This document shows, piece after piece, positions 51,664-61,024 of a stretch of DNA of 64,000 bases. Made by a program: the position numbers and the translations under genes. The DNA is taken from assembly GCA_037431425.1 (NCBI GenBank), contig GCA_037431425.1_4129.1; one strand, written 5' to 3'. Numbering within the stretch: position 1 is the first letter of the stretch; every line of letters starts with the position of its first letter. Below the pieces are notes generated by a model. The model made no database searches. It saw nothing but the letters and a program-made list of their open reading frames with translations, and was not told the origin of the DNA. The stretch comes from a phage.

Positions 51664-51947
51664 TTGGGACACAGAATAAATATATGATATAATAATTATG
51701 TACAATCCTGTTGAATGCAGAAATGCATATAAATTAGAACCTGATCCTATCGAAAACGTAGATGGCAGATGAGCAGTTCAGCAGTGCGATGAGCAGAAGA
51801 AACCCGTCAGAAGTGGGCATAGTTTGAACCCCTCACGGCAATGCGGCTCAATAAAGAACTCCGATAAGCATACAGAGAGTTCCTAGATAGACATATAAGG
51901 AATCACACCTTACCAGATTTGCTAAGGGAGTCTTGAAATAAGACAGC

Positions 51948-52253
51948 TTGAGCTTTGATTGTATAGAGTTTCAAGTGAGTGCTGGGATGAAAAGACCAGT
52001 GACCGTTGCATATGACCGTGATAGGGAGAAACAGAGCAACCCGCTTCCGTTTGTGATTGATCATTTTAACAATATAGATCCGTCCAAAATTCACGATACA
52101 ATAATATCCGATGCCATCAGCGTCAAGAAGAGACTTAATTGTCTCTTTTTTATTACTTTCATTCCCCTGTGGGGGGATGAAATAGTCCTCAACAAATCCC
52201 GTCAAGTATTAAAAGTCCTAGACAGTTATGAAACATTCGCGTATAATACGTAG
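51948..52253 (+). CDS. questionable ORF in compositionally atypical region
   Basis: 101 aa ORF almost fully overlapped by a 100-aa antisense ORF; region more GC-rich than surroundings. Confidence 0.3.
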   Translation: MSFDCIEFQVSAGMKRPVTVAYDRDREKQSNPLPFVIDHFNNIDPSKIHDTIISDAISVKKRLNCLFFITFIPLWGDEIVLNKSRQVLKVLDSYETFAYNT

Positions 52254-52311
52254 TATTAGAAGCGAACAGACATCTCGAAGAGATGGATGATTAACTATTA
52301 AGGAATATCCA

Positions 52312-52521
52312 ATGAATTCAATCATATTTTTAGTAGTAGCTTTCTCTGTTAATTCCGGTGTACAAATAACCCCAATGAATTCCATGAATCAATGTATAGC
52401 AGTTCGTGATAGTACATACGAACAAGTAAACAAAAATATTAGAATGACAGTTAGTAAAGAACAAATGTGGTGTTACAATAGTAATACTAACGCAAAGCTT
52501 ATTGTAGGACAAACTCAATGA
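52312..52521 (+). CDS. small secreted/membrane protein
   Basis: 69 aa; hydrophobic N-terminus; RBS AAGGAA. Confidence 0.5.
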   Translation: MNSIIFLVVAFSVNSGVQITPMNSMNQCIAVRDSTYEQVNKNIRMTVSKEQMWCYNSNTNAKLIVGQTQ

Positions 52522-52748
52522 GTTATGGTGTTCGTTTTGAGATTCGCTCTATTGTTATTAATGATGATAAGAAAGCATCGTTAGATAGTGATATACGTGA
52601 AATTTATCTATCATGTATCCGTGCAAAATCTGAAGCAGATGCATTAGCACAAATGTATAGTTTTAACTTTTCAAACGGATTTAATTTGGAACGAGTTATT
52701 GAAGTGAAAAAAGTACTTATAGGTTGTAGCATAGAAGGAATCATGTAA
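52518..52748 (+). CDS. hypothetical protein
   Basis: 76 aa. Confidence 0.5.
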   Translation: MSYGVRFEIRSIVINDDKKASLDSDIREIYLSCIRAKSEADALAQMYSFNFSNGFNLERVIEVKKVLIGCSIEGIM

Positions 52749-52749
52749 A

Positions 52750-53538
52750 ATGTGCACTATAGATGAACTGATTCGACGGAATTCAAAATATTACAAACCA
52801 TCAGAAATTGTAGATAACATTACTAAATCAGAGTTCGGACCAAATACACGAAAACTAATTCATGTAATGTTACGTGATGGCTTTAAATGTGATTGTTGTG
52901 GTGAATCCAATGTGGTATTCACTTTACATAAGCACAGTACTAAAGAACGTTATAAATTCAGACCTTATGTACTTAAAGGGAAACGCCTTGTACGCATGAC
53001 GTTAGACCATAATGTACTGGACTGTCTTCAGGGCGGTAATGATAAAGAAAACATGACTGCACTGTGTGAGGATTGCAATGCATTACGCCAGCATAAATTT
53101 GCTGAGTACAGCGAGTTTAAGTTCTGGTATCATAATGCAGATCGTTCTATTGAACCTGACGTTAACTACTGCTTTATCGAGTACATTAAGAATGCAAAAG
53201 ATACATACATTCTTAAATCTATGGAACCAATTACCGTGTTTCCAATGAACCTATACACTACATTAAAGAATAGTTTTATGGTAGGTGATATTGATGCATT
53301 CAAGTATTTTGACAAAGGTGCAAAACATTTTGAAGTTCAATGTCTTAGTACTGCACTATGTGAACTTATTAAAATTTACATAAAAGATTATTTGGGTATT
53401 GACAATGTACGCGTACCAGAGTATACTTTTTCTATTGATTTCGATTGTGAATCAATCAAAGAGTTTGGGATTCTTTTCAATAAACAAATAGAACTTGCAA
53501 TTCAAAACGAAATCAAGTACTATAATACTAACATTTAA
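52750..53538 (+). CDS. HNH endonuclease (putative free-standing homing endonuclease)
   Basis: 262 aa; Cys pairs CDCCG / CEDCN flanking LDHNVLDCLQGGN (H-N-H core). Confidence 0.7.
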   Translation: MCTIDELIRRNSKYYKPSEIVDNITKSEFGPNTRKLIHVMLRDGFKCDCCGESNVVFTLHKHSTKERYKFRPYVLKGKRLVRMTLDHNVLDCLQGGNDKENMTALCEDCNALRQHKFAEYSEFKFWYHNADRSIEPDVNYCFIEYIKNAKDTYILKSMEPITVFPMNLYTTLKNSFMVGDIDAFKYFDKGAKHFEVQCLSTALCELIKIYIKDYLGIDNVRVPEYTFSIDFDCESIKEFGILFNKQIELAIQNEIKYYNTNI

Positions 53539-53553
53539 TCAGAGGAAATTATT

Positions 53554-53736
53554 ATGCAAATCATCATTCTTATCGTAGGTATCATTCTTGGTGTATATGG
53601 TCACTCCTGGATGAACGAGAAGTTCCCTAATACCCGTCCTGAGTATTGCAGTACGAATGTATACCAGAATGGTGAGAAACCAAAGGAAAGTATTGGTAAA
53701 AAGCTGGACAAAGTACTTGACGTTATCAACGAATAA
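53554..53736 (+). CDS. small membrane protein
   Basis: 60 aa; N-terminal TM; RBS GAGGAAA. Confidence 0.5.
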   Translation: MQIIILIVGIILGVYGHSWMNEKFPNTRPEYCSTNVYQNGEKPKESIGKKLDKVLDVINE

Positions 53737-53745
53737 GGGTAAAGT

Positions 53746-53946
53746 ATGTTTAAATCAAATACAAATGTTGGTAAGAAGGTTAAATTACTTGAGGATGTAT
53801 CCACCTTGAGTGGAATTTTCCCAAGAGGTCACATCATGACTATTATTGCAGAAACATCCCGTGGGTGGGATTTGGAAGATGCTGATGGTAATCGCATCCT
53901 TGAGGCTGGATTCTATGGTCATCGTGAATATAAAATCATTGATTAA
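53746..53946 (+). CDS. hypothetical protein
   Basis: 66 aa. Confidence 0.5.
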   Translation: MFKSNTNVGKKVKLLEDVSTLSGIFPRGHIMTIIAETSRGWDLEDADGNRILEAGFYGHREYKIID

Positions 53947-53955
53947 GGATGTAAC

Positions 53956-54039
53956 ATGACTTTAGAGATTGTCTTTGGTATTGTTAGCTTAGTCGTCTGT
54001 GTGGGTTGGTTTGGGTATCTGATGATTTTTGGTGATTAA
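53956..54039 (+). CDS. small hydrophobic peptide (27 aa)
   Basis: not in track; RBS AAGGA; single TM. Confidence 0.35.
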   Translation: MTLEIVFGIVSLVVCVGWFGYLMIFGD

Positions 54040-54042
54040 TAC

Positions 54043-54070
54043 TTGACATAAGATATCAGTACTGTATAAT
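54043..54070 (+). promoter_or_regulatory. sigma70-type promoter (TTGACA-16-TATAAT)
   Basis: TTGACATAAGATATCAGTACTGTATAAT; spacer contains CAGTACTG. Confidence 0.7.
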
Positions 54071-54163
54071 GTTTATATCAAAGGGAATGCAGTGAAAGGA
54101 AAGACAGCATAATCGTACTCGTCACTGTGTTCCTTTACTTTTAAATTAAATGAGGAATTAACT

Positions 54164-54472
54164 ATGTTTCAAACTAACACTCAAGGTTTTGTAATCATTG
54201 ATTTGAATCAAAACAGCGGTAATTGGATGAAACCTACTGACGCATGTATGCAGTTTGATTTCTTAGGTTACAGAATTAGTGTAAGCACTGGTGCTTCTGT
54301 ACTGAGGGGTGGTTGTATTGTTGAACATCTGGTAACTGATCCAGAAGGTCGTGAGTATGAAATCGCAGGTTCAGTACAAGATGCCATTATGTTTGTATGT
54401 CAGCGTGAAATGAATGGTTCGAATTCAAATGCACTGACTCATGCTCTTTCTCAAGAAGTGGAGATTCGTTAA
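54164..54472 (+). CDS. hypothetical protein
   Basis: 102 aa; RBS GAGGAA. Confidence 0.55.
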   Translation: MFQTNTQGFVIIDLNQNSGNWMKPTDACMQFDFLGYRISVSTGASVLRGGCIVEHLVTDPEGREYEIAGSVQDAIMFVCQREMNGSNSNALTHALSQEVEIR

Positions 54473-54723
54473 TGAAATACATTGTAGCAGTACTCGTCGC
54501 ATTTTTACTCACTGCATGTGATGCTTCAACCAAAGAACGCACAAGTGATTTTATTCTCCCGACTGAATTAAAAGAAGCCGGATGTAAGATTTATCGTATG
54601 CAAAAGGACGGTGCTGATGTAACCTTGTATACAGTTTATTGCCCTAATGCAAATACCAGTACTGGATACACTAGCGGTAAAACACGAGTCAATACTTCAG
54701 TGATTAATGGAGTACAACAATGA
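54472..54723 (+). CDS. small lipoprotein
   Basis: 83 aa; signal peptide with lipobox LLTAC. Confidence 0.55.
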   Translation: MKYIVAVLVAFLLTACDASTKERTSDFILPTELKEAGCKIYRMQKDGADVTLYTVYCPNANTSTGYTSGKTRVNTSVINGVQQ

Positions 54724-55088
54724 GCCTTGATACAACCCGTGCAACAGATTTATTAACTCGTCTGAATGATGAAGAATATCTTGCTGAAATAAAGTACAAG
54801 CTTGACAAACTGGTTCGAAGTGCTGAAGTAATTGAAGTTGAAGGTCACTTACCAATGGATCAATTCCATACGTTCAACGAAGAGATGGTTTATTATCCTA
54901 ATGAAATTTGGATTGAGTGGCAACATTGGACTGGTAAAACACTACGTATTGAAGGGTATTGTGTGAAGTATGAACGTGATCCTGGTTATGTGACAAAAAC
55001 TTTGTCAATTTGGTGTACAAAAACACATGAACTCGTTGAGGTGAATTTGAATTATATGAATGGCTTCCGTTGGGGTGATGTTAAATGA
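54720..55088 (+). CDS. hypothetical protein
   Basis: 122 aa. Confidence 0.55.
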   Translation: MSLDTTRATDLLTRLNDEEYLAEIKYKLDKLVRSAEVIEVEGHLPMDQFHTFNEEMVYYPNEIWIEWQHWTGKTLRIEGYCVKYERDPGYVTKTLSIWCTKTHELVEVNLNYMNGFRWGDVK

Positions 55089-55360
55089 TTAAAAAACTCT
55101 TGACGGTGTTCTTTGTATTCAGTACAATGTTTCTTACAGCATGTAACGATGACGGCAGGTTAAGTGCAAAAGACTTAGCTCGATTAGATTGTGCATACAC
55201 AGGTAAGTCTTTTATTAACGAGTATGAGGTATGCACACAATCAGGTCGTATCTGTGGTGGTTGGGAGAAACGTCAGGAGCGATTGTATGTATATGAATGT
55301 CCTGGACAACTCAACAAAGTACTAAGCACACAAAAACTTGTTTATGATAAGGTTGAATAA
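55085..55360 (+). CDS. small lipoprotein
   Basis: 91 aa; signal peptide with lipobox FLTAC. Confidence 0.55.
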   Translation: MIKKLLTVFFVFSTMFLTACNDDGRLSAKDLARLDCAYTGKSFINEYEVCTQSGRICGGWEKRQERLYVYECPGQLNKVLSTQKLVYDKVE

Positions 55361-55575
55361 TGACTACTAATGAAATGATGCAGGTTATTTGGGATAAAGG
55401 TTGTGATATTAAAATCACTAGTACTGATGTTCGTGTATTCAAAACTGAATACCTGGAGTACTTGGACCTTGATACTTATAATAATATTGTATCAATTGAA
55501 CATAAAGGTGCAGTACTTGAAACTATTGATGTGGTTCTGAAGAAAGCAACAGACCTATTAGGTGCGTCAGTGTGA
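55360..55575 (+). CDS. hypothetical protein
   Basis: 71 aa. Confidence 0.5.
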   Translation: MTTNEMMQVIWDKGCDIKITSTDVRVFKTEYLEYLDLDTYNNIVSIEHKGAVLETIDVVLKKATDLLGASV

Positions 55576-55718
55576 ATAATAAAGAGTGGGAAGAATACCG
55601 AAAAAAATGCCGAGAGTTTGATAAAGAACTAACTGGTACTATTAATGCAGTAATGGGTGTATCTGTTTTTATTGCAGTTGTGTCATTATTTGCTGTTATT
55701 ATTAATAAATTTTTATAG
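55572..55718 (+). CDS. small membrane protein (48 aa, GTG start)
   Basis: not in track; C-terminal TM; alternative start codon, weak. Confidence 0.3.
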   Translation: MNNKEWEEYRKKCREFDKELTGTINAVMGVSVFIAVVSLFAVIINKFL

Positions 55719-55726
55719 GAACTCCC

Positions 55727-55924
55727 ATGTTTACTTTATATCTCGCAGTGGTTCTTACTAATGGTGAAATCACTCGTACTATTGGTGAAGGTGTATATAA
55801 AACGCCTGAGCAATGTTACTCTGCTACACATTGGCCTCGTGATAGTGATGATACTCGTACCGAATTTAAATGCATGAAAGTAAAAGGTGATTTTGTTAAC
55901 CTTAAAGTTATTGAGGATAAATGA
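55727..55924 (+). CDS. hypothetical protein
   Basis: 65 aa. Confidence 0.5.
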   Translation: MFTLYLAVVLTNGEITRTIGEGVYKTPEQCYSATHWPRDSDDTRTEFKCMKVKGDFVNLKVIEDK

Positions 55925-56439
55925 TGAATATTAATGAGTTGTTAATATTATTGTTTAATCGTGGAAATGATGTAAGACGTACTATCTATCAAGACAAAAT
56001 ACACATTGAAACTGATAAATGTTATGGTAAAACAACTCATGAGATTTTAAAACCGAACGGTAAACGATATGCCGACGTATGTTTTCATGAAAGAAGTGAT
56101 GGTAGTGACATAATCAGTACTGATATTGTGTTTTATGCTAGATCATCGGCAGAATCGTATGAAATCGAACTTGTATATTGCCCTAGTTCAAAAGCACACA
56201 ATAAGCGTCAGATATTGTATGATGTTTATTCACCACCAGGTGTAGCTGAACATTTTGTTATCGATTACAGTACTGAAGAAAGTGTGTTTCAACAGAGTTT
56301 GATTCATAACTTCCAGTTGAACGATCCAAATGTACCAAAGATGTTCAAACTACTCGATGTAATTGATGTTGATTTTGAATTTGTTATGTGCATCAGAACT
56401 TCTTTAATCGATGAATTTATGGAATTACTTAATATATGA
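55921..56439 (+). CDS. CtFQ-family small protein
   Basis: 172 aa; motif EESVFQQSLIHNF. Confidence 0.6.
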   Translation: MMNINELLILLFNRGNDVRRTIYQDKIHIETDKCYGKTTHEILKPNGKRYADVCFHERSDGSDIISTDIVFYARSSAESYEIELVYCPSSKAHNKRQILYDVYSPPGVAEHFVIDYSTEESVFQQSLIHNFQLNDPNVPKMFKLLDVIDVDFEFVMCIRTSLIDEFMELLNI

Positions 56440-56657
56440 ATCGTTACTACATTGTTTATGAGCATGTATCTGAGTTTAATAATATACGTGGATATAAGAA
56501 AGAAGTTCAGAAGATTGATGTATTTGTACATGCTTTTAATCCTACTCATGCACTAATGAAACTGTTTGATGAAGTAACTAAGTACAACACACCAAAAACA
56601 CAACGCTATGTTGGAACTGTACATAGTGTAATGCTTACTGAATATGATGGAGAATGA
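56436..56657 (+). CDS. hypothetical protein
   Basis: 73 aa. Confidence 0.5.
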   Translation: MNRYYIVYEHVSEFNNIRGYKKEVQKIDVFVHAFNPTHALMKLFDEVTKYNTPKTQRYVGTVHSVMLTEYDGE

Positions 56658-56660
56658 CAA

Positions 56661-56879
56661 ATGAATTTATATCTTGTTGAAGGGTCAGTGCAAGTGTGCA
56701 CCGTAGATGGTGAAGGTTATCGCTTTTCACATGTAGAAGATTTTAAGTACGTTGTACATGCGGAAGGTCAGTATGACGCAGAAATTCAGGTTAAAGAATC
56801 ATTCCGTAATAAGAATGCCATTGGAAAATTCAAATACCAGAACTTACAATTCATTGTATGGCCCAGCATTAATGACTAA
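56661..56879 (+). CDS. hypothetical protein
   Basis: 72 aa. Confidence 0.5.
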   Translation: MNLYLVEGSVQVCTVDGEGYRFSHVEDFKYVVHAEGQYDAEIQVKESFRNKNAIGKFKYQNLQFIVWPSIND

Positions 56880-57087
56880 GATGTGGTGGTGTCATGGTGT
56901 CTACAATGTCTATGAATATGGTAGATTCAAAATGAGCAGTACATATGCCAGACGTGTAAATGCGAAAAACCAAGTTGATGCTGCTTGTGAGATTGTAGAG
57001 TGGTATGCAGAGTTCAATGCAATTGAATATATGTACGAAATAGTCACAATAAATGTTGTACAAATTGACACTTCTTTGATACAATAA
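56872..57087 (+). CDS. hypothetical protein
   Basis: 71 aa from ATG 56872 overlapping upstream stop; track ORF 56752 over-extended. Confidence 0.45.
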   Translation: MTKMWWCHGVYNVYEYGRFKMSSTYARRVNAKNQVDAACEIVEWYAEFNAIEYMYEIVTINVVQIDTSLIQ

Positions 57088-57118
57088 CTTTATCAAAACA
57101 ACTTCATCTGAGGATTTT

Positions 57119-57781
57119 ATGTTAGTAAATCTCAACTTTATCACTTCTCCTGATTGGGCATTGCGTGGTGTTTCTTTGAACTTTAAAGAAACTCATTTTG
57201 AACACATTGGTGATTGTACTTTAGTTAATGCTACATTTGATCCACATCATCCTTTTTGGGCTAAAATTCACGATCCAAATGTAAACAATAGTACATCAGT
57301 CATGACTATTGTTCAAACGAAACATCCTGGTATTCTTGCAGGCTACCGTCCTGAACATGCAATTGAACACTTCACTGATTACGATGTGGTTGATGAATAT
57401 CCAATGATCCATAAAGATGGAAGTTTATACACATCTGAAGACGTTCGTGCTATCTTTAATAGTACTGATGATATTCTACCAAGTGGACGAGCACGTCCTA
57501 AGTCTTATCTTATGCATTCATCTTATGGTGTAGCAGACACACTTGAGCAGATTATGAAGAAGTTCAAGAACCTAATTGAAGGTCCAGAAGAAATTGTTTT
57601 ATGCTATCATCCAGTACTGAAATCTGACCAACCAGAGAGTGGTGGGTGGCGTTGGCATAAGAATGGTGAGTACATCGGAACTAAGCGTAGTAAAGAACGC
57701 TTTGAGTACTTGTATGATGAGCCAGATGTTGATGTTGTTTTGTGTTATAATTTTCTTAAGGTGAAAAAGAAATGTATCTAG
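57119..57781 (+). CDS. hypothetical protein
   Basis: 220 aa; RBS GAGGA. Confidence 0.6.
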   Translation: MLVNLNFITSPDWALRGVSLNFKETHFEHIGDCTLVNATFDPHHPFWAKIHDPNVNNSTSVMTIVQTKHPGILAGYRPEHAIEHFTDYDVVDEYPMIHKDGSLYTSEDVRAIFNSTDDILPSGRARPKSYLMHSSYGVADTLEQIMKKFKNLIEGPEEIVLCYHPVLKSDQPESGGWRWHKNGEYIGTKRSKERFEYLYDEPDVDVVLCYNFLKVKKKCI

Positions 57782-58014
57782 TATTGAATTTTGTAGTTGT
57801 GTTTTTGTTTATGTTATATCCTACACTTGTAGCATTAGCCACTAAACGAACATGGACACACATTATTACTGTTTTCTTTCTTAACGTTGTTCTTGTATTT
57901 GTGTCTATTATTATTCCAATAAGCTTTACATATACTGACATTGTATTTGTATTACTCTTTGTGTTCAGTTATCTTATGCTCATTGATGAAAATAATATTG
58001 ACAAACGTTCTTAG
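57772..58014 (+). CDS. small integral membrane protein
   Basis: 80 aa, 2-3 TM. Confidence 0.5.
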   Translation: MYLVLNFVVVFLFMLYPTLVALATKRTWTHIITVFFLNVVLVFVSIIIPISFTYTDIVFVLLFVFSYLMLIDENNIDKRS

Positions 58015-58068
58015 AACTGTATAATAGTTACTGTAGTTTAAAAACACTTTATTTTGAGGATATGAAAT

Positions 58069-58389
58069 ATGTTATCAGTATTGTTTTCGATTCCATCCCT
58101 AGTTCTGATTTGGCTTATTGTTTACGAATTCTTTATCACTGATGTTAATGATAAAAAAGAGTTTGTACAGTTGTTTCTGCTAGATTCACCGATTGTCCGA
58201 ATTTATTATACTATCGTTTGTGTTTCAGTACTTGTATGGATTGTGAGTTTTATTTTTCCATTGGGATCATTAGTATATACATTGAATTTTATGGAAAATG
58301 TAGTGGCTATTCTATGGCTAATTGCAGCATGGTATGCAGGTAATGTTAGTATTTGGATTGATATTTTAAAATCTAAATTCACAAAATAA
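58069..58389 (+). CDS. integral membrane protein
   Basis: 106 aa, about 3 TM; RBS GAGGA. Confidence 0.55.
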   Translation: MLSVLFSIPSLVLIWLIVYEFFITDVNDKKEFVQLFLLDSPIVRIYYTIVCVSVLVWIVSFIFPLGSLVYTLNFMENVVAILWLIAAWYAGNVSIWIDILKSKFTK

Positions 58390-58472
58390 TATTTAATAGT
58401 AAAAAAATACCCCTATGATATTAAATACTTGTATACTATATGTACAAATGTATTTTTCTATAGGGGTTTGTT

Positions 58473-58832
58473 ATGGGTAGATATATAAAATTAATAGCAT
58501 TTGCTTGCTTATTATTTTCATGTTTTAGTTATGGTTCGTCATCTGTAACACAATGTCGTAGTTCGAATGGAACTATATATTCATTGACAAACGATCCGAA
58601 TAATGGTAAAAACATTGTTATCAATGGTGTAACTTATCGTGTTAAAGCTCAGAGTACCATCGGTAATAAAAAGATAACGACTTATGTAAATGATTCTGGA
58701 ACAATTGCGAATGTTATATTAATCGTTAACCCAATAACAGGTAATGGTGATATCTATATTGTGATTTATTTGGATACAGCATTACAACGAGAACTAAATT
58801 TGGATGAATTAAATCTGCACTGCAAAATATAG
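58473..58832 (+). CDS. secreted protein (signal peptide)
   Basis: 119 aa; hydrophobic N-terminus. Confidence 0.55.
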   Translation: MGRYIKLIAFACLLFSCFSYGSSSVTQCRSSNGTIYSLTNDPNNGKNIVINGVTYRVKAQSTIGNKKITTYVNDSGTIANVILIVNPITGNGDIYIVIYLDTALQRELNLDELNLHCKI

Positions 58833-58842
58833 GATATAATAT

Positions 58843-59220
58843 ATGCTCAATTCTATTGTGATTTGGTTTTTAAGTATTCCAATTATTTTATCTTTTGTAA
58901 TTTCTATTTGTATGATTTTATATTTTATTTTTGCTGGGGTGTATTTTATTTTTACAAACAAAGATATTTTTATTTCTAAACTTGATTCTATATTTGCTTG
59001 TGAGTCGTTAGCTTATAATTTGTGGATAATTTGTTCTTGTATCATGGGTATGGCATTCCTACTACACGAATTTAATGTCATTGATGATAATGTTGTATAT
59101 ATTAGTACTGGGTTAGCATTATATCCAGCTACATGGTACTTGATTTATGTTGTCGATATATGGTATAGTACTTACAAAGAATACCAGTGTAAAAAGTCAT
59201 CAAAAGTTGAGAGGAAATGA
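58843..59220 (+). CDS. integral membrane protein
   Basis: 125 aa, about 4 TM. Confidence 0.55.
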   Translation: MLNSIVIWFLSIPIILSFVISICMILYFIFAGVYFIFTNKDIFISKLDSIFACESLAYNLWIICSCIMGMAFLLHEFNVIDDNVVYISTGLALYPATWYLIYVVDIWYSTYKEYQCKKSSKVERK

Positions 59221-59573
59221 TTATGAAAATTATCTTGTTTTTTGTATCTATGTTAGTTTGTGGTTTAGTGTCAGCAGAACCGTTGGAAGGTGTTGTTTGT
59301 ACAGATGGAAATACCAAACACACATATCAAGGTGATAGCTATGACCGCGATATCGTTTATATTGATGGTCAACAATACAGCTTTGTTAAAGAACATACCA
59401 TTGGTGACATTAGTTTTACTGAGTTCGCGAAAGATGAGAATCCGAAGGAATTGGCATTTATTGAAGTTGATTTGTATGAAGACAGTAATGGCTCTCAATA
59501 TGCTAAACTTGTATTGATGCGTCGTGGTGCAAAAGAAACAAGTTTTGGTGGTTTATGTAAATACAAGGACTAA
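59217..59573 (+). CDS. secreted protein (signal peptide)
   Basis: 118 aa; signal peptide ...GLVSA-EP. Confidence 0.55.
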   Translation: MIMKIILFFVSMLVCGLVSAEPLEGVVCTDGNTKHTYQGDSYDRDIVYIDGQQYSFVKEHTIGDISFTEFAKDENPKELAFIEVDLYEDSNGSQYAKLVLMRRGAKETSFGGLCKYKD

Positions 59574-59578
59574 ATTTT

Positions 59579-59770
59579 ATGTTGATTTATCAATGTGACG
59601 GTATTCGTGTTCTACAACATCCTTATCTTCAAATCTTTCATGTTCAGATGTTTATGGAAGGTGATAATCCGAGAACTTATGAACGCACATATGATTATTT
59701 CACGGTCAAAGAGTGCGACAACATCGATGAAGTACGACGATTAGTACATGAACTCCAAAACAAAGGTTGA
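59579..59770 (+). CDS. hypothetical protein
   Basis: 63 aa; stop codon inside terminator stem. Confidence 0.5.
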   Translation: MLIYQCDGIRVLQHPYLQIFHVQMFMEGDNPRTYERTYDYFTVKECDNIDEVRRLVHELQNKG

Positions 59771-59790
59771 CTTCGGTCAGCCTTTTTTGT
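59762..59790 (+). terminator. intrinsic terminator with UUCG tetraloop (copy 1 of 3)
   Basis: AAAGGTTGAC-TTCG-GTCAGCCTTTTTTGTT. Confidence 0.85.
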
Positions 59791-59824
59791 TATAATTATT
59801 TTATATTCTAATGGAGTTTAAATT

Positions 59825-60265
59825 ATGTTAGTATATCGTTTTGAACTTAAATTTAGTTACATTGAACCTGATTTGAAACCAGCAACAAATGTTGGTCCAT
59901 TTGCACGGTATTCTTCAAAATATAGTACTAAAAATGGTTTTGACCGTTTGTATATGTCTACGCCTACGCAGTTCCAACCTGAACCAACTGATGATGGGAT
60001 CTATTCAATCAAATATGGATGGGCATTTGGCTGTCAAAGTTTGAATGATTTGTTTCGGTTCTTTACTATGGACTTGGGTAAATTACATCGTGCTGGGTTT
60101 GCTATTTCCGTATATGACGTACCTGATAATCACGTTGATATTGGACGAAACCAGGTTCAGTTCCATTATAGGAGTGCAACTTTGGTTCGTATTATGTCTA
60201 TTAAGGAAGCAAAGGATGAGTACCGCCATAGTAAAAGAATAATACATGAGGCTGTATATGGATAA
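59825..60265 (+). CDS. hypothetical protein
   Basis: 146 aa; RBS AATGGAG. Confidence 0.55.
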   Translation: MLVYRFELKFSYIEPDLKPATNVGPFARYSSKYSTKNGFDRLYMSTPTQFQPEPTDDGIYSIKYGWAFGCQSLNDLFRFFTMDLGKLHRAGFAISVYDVPDNHVDIGRNQVQFHYRSATLVRIMSIKEAKDEYRHSKRIIHEAVYG

Positions 60266-60602
60266 GACTCAAATAGAATTAAAAAAATTTGTATCGTTCT
60301 ATCTACCAAATGATCCACGTAATTCACAAAAAGATTTTGAATATTATAATATCCTAAGTAAACAGTTAATGAGAAAGTTTCAACAGTGTTTAAGTATATT
60401 CAATACTGATGGTAGACGTAGATACCGAATCATTTCAATGAATGATGAAAACGCAAACTACTTTGATTATGATGTTGTTTTTAGAGCATATAATGATGAC
60501 CGAATTAAATTAAATTATGATCAAATAATATTTGATCTAAGTGCTATATCTGTTATAATTACTCACATCGCCGAGATTAATGGTTTTAAAGAGTGGTATT
60601 GA
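60258..60602 (+). CDS. hypothetical protein
   Basis: ATG 60258 after GAGG RBS; track start 60246. Confidence 0.5.
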   Translation: MDKTQIELKKFVSFYLPNDPRNSQKDFEYYNILSKQLMRKFQQCLSIFNTDGRRRYRIISMNDENANYFDYDVVFRAYNDDRIKLNYDQIIFDLSAISVIITHIAEINGFKEWY

Positions 60603-60616
60603 ATAGAGGACAATAT

Positions 60617-60883
60617 ATGAAGCTTAAATTGCAATATAATGGATTTACTTTACGTAATGATACTGAGTTTGTCAATCGTTCACCTGGTGCTGAACTTTTT
60701 TTGCGAGAGATGAACATTCCTTTCATCATCACTACTGTAGGAGATCGTGAAGTTTTACAATACGCAGAGCATCCTATTATTGATGTTCCTTGGTACTCTG
60801 AACATATGTACATGGATATGGCACGTCGCTACAACTGTAAGTTCATAGTAGAAGGTGATAAAATTACAGTACAATTTAAATGA
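60617..60883 (+). CDS. hypothetical protein
   Basis: ATG 60617 after AGAGGA RBS; track start 60593. Confidence 0.5.
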   Translation: MKLKLQYNGFTLRNDTEFVNRSPGAELFLREMNIPFIITTVGDREVLQYAEHPIIDVPWYSEHMYMDMARRYNCKFIVEGDKITVQFK

Positions 60884-60952
60884 TGTGAATTGAAATGATC
60901 ATTTAAGCATCATTGTAAATGTAGAAATGGTGTACATGAAGTATAATATAAA

Positions 60953-60983
60953 AAGGGAAATCATATATGGTTTCCCCTTTTTC
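60953..60983 (+). terminator. putative intrinsic terminator
   Basis: GGGAAA...TTTCCC hairpin followed by CTTTTTC. Confidence 0.5.
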
Positions 60984-61024
60984 TTATTACGTACAATTAA
61001 GGACATATATTAATTGAGGAAATT

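Noticed and set aside
51903-52205. 100-codon minus-strand ORF
   Set aside because: Antisense to another ORF in a compositionally atypical region; no start context; probably an artefact of local base composition
58411-58468. Long hairpin ACCCCTAT...ATAGGGGT upstream of gene 58473 as a terminator
   Set aside because: Loop about 40 nt and no clear U-tract; may be regulatory but not confidently a terminator
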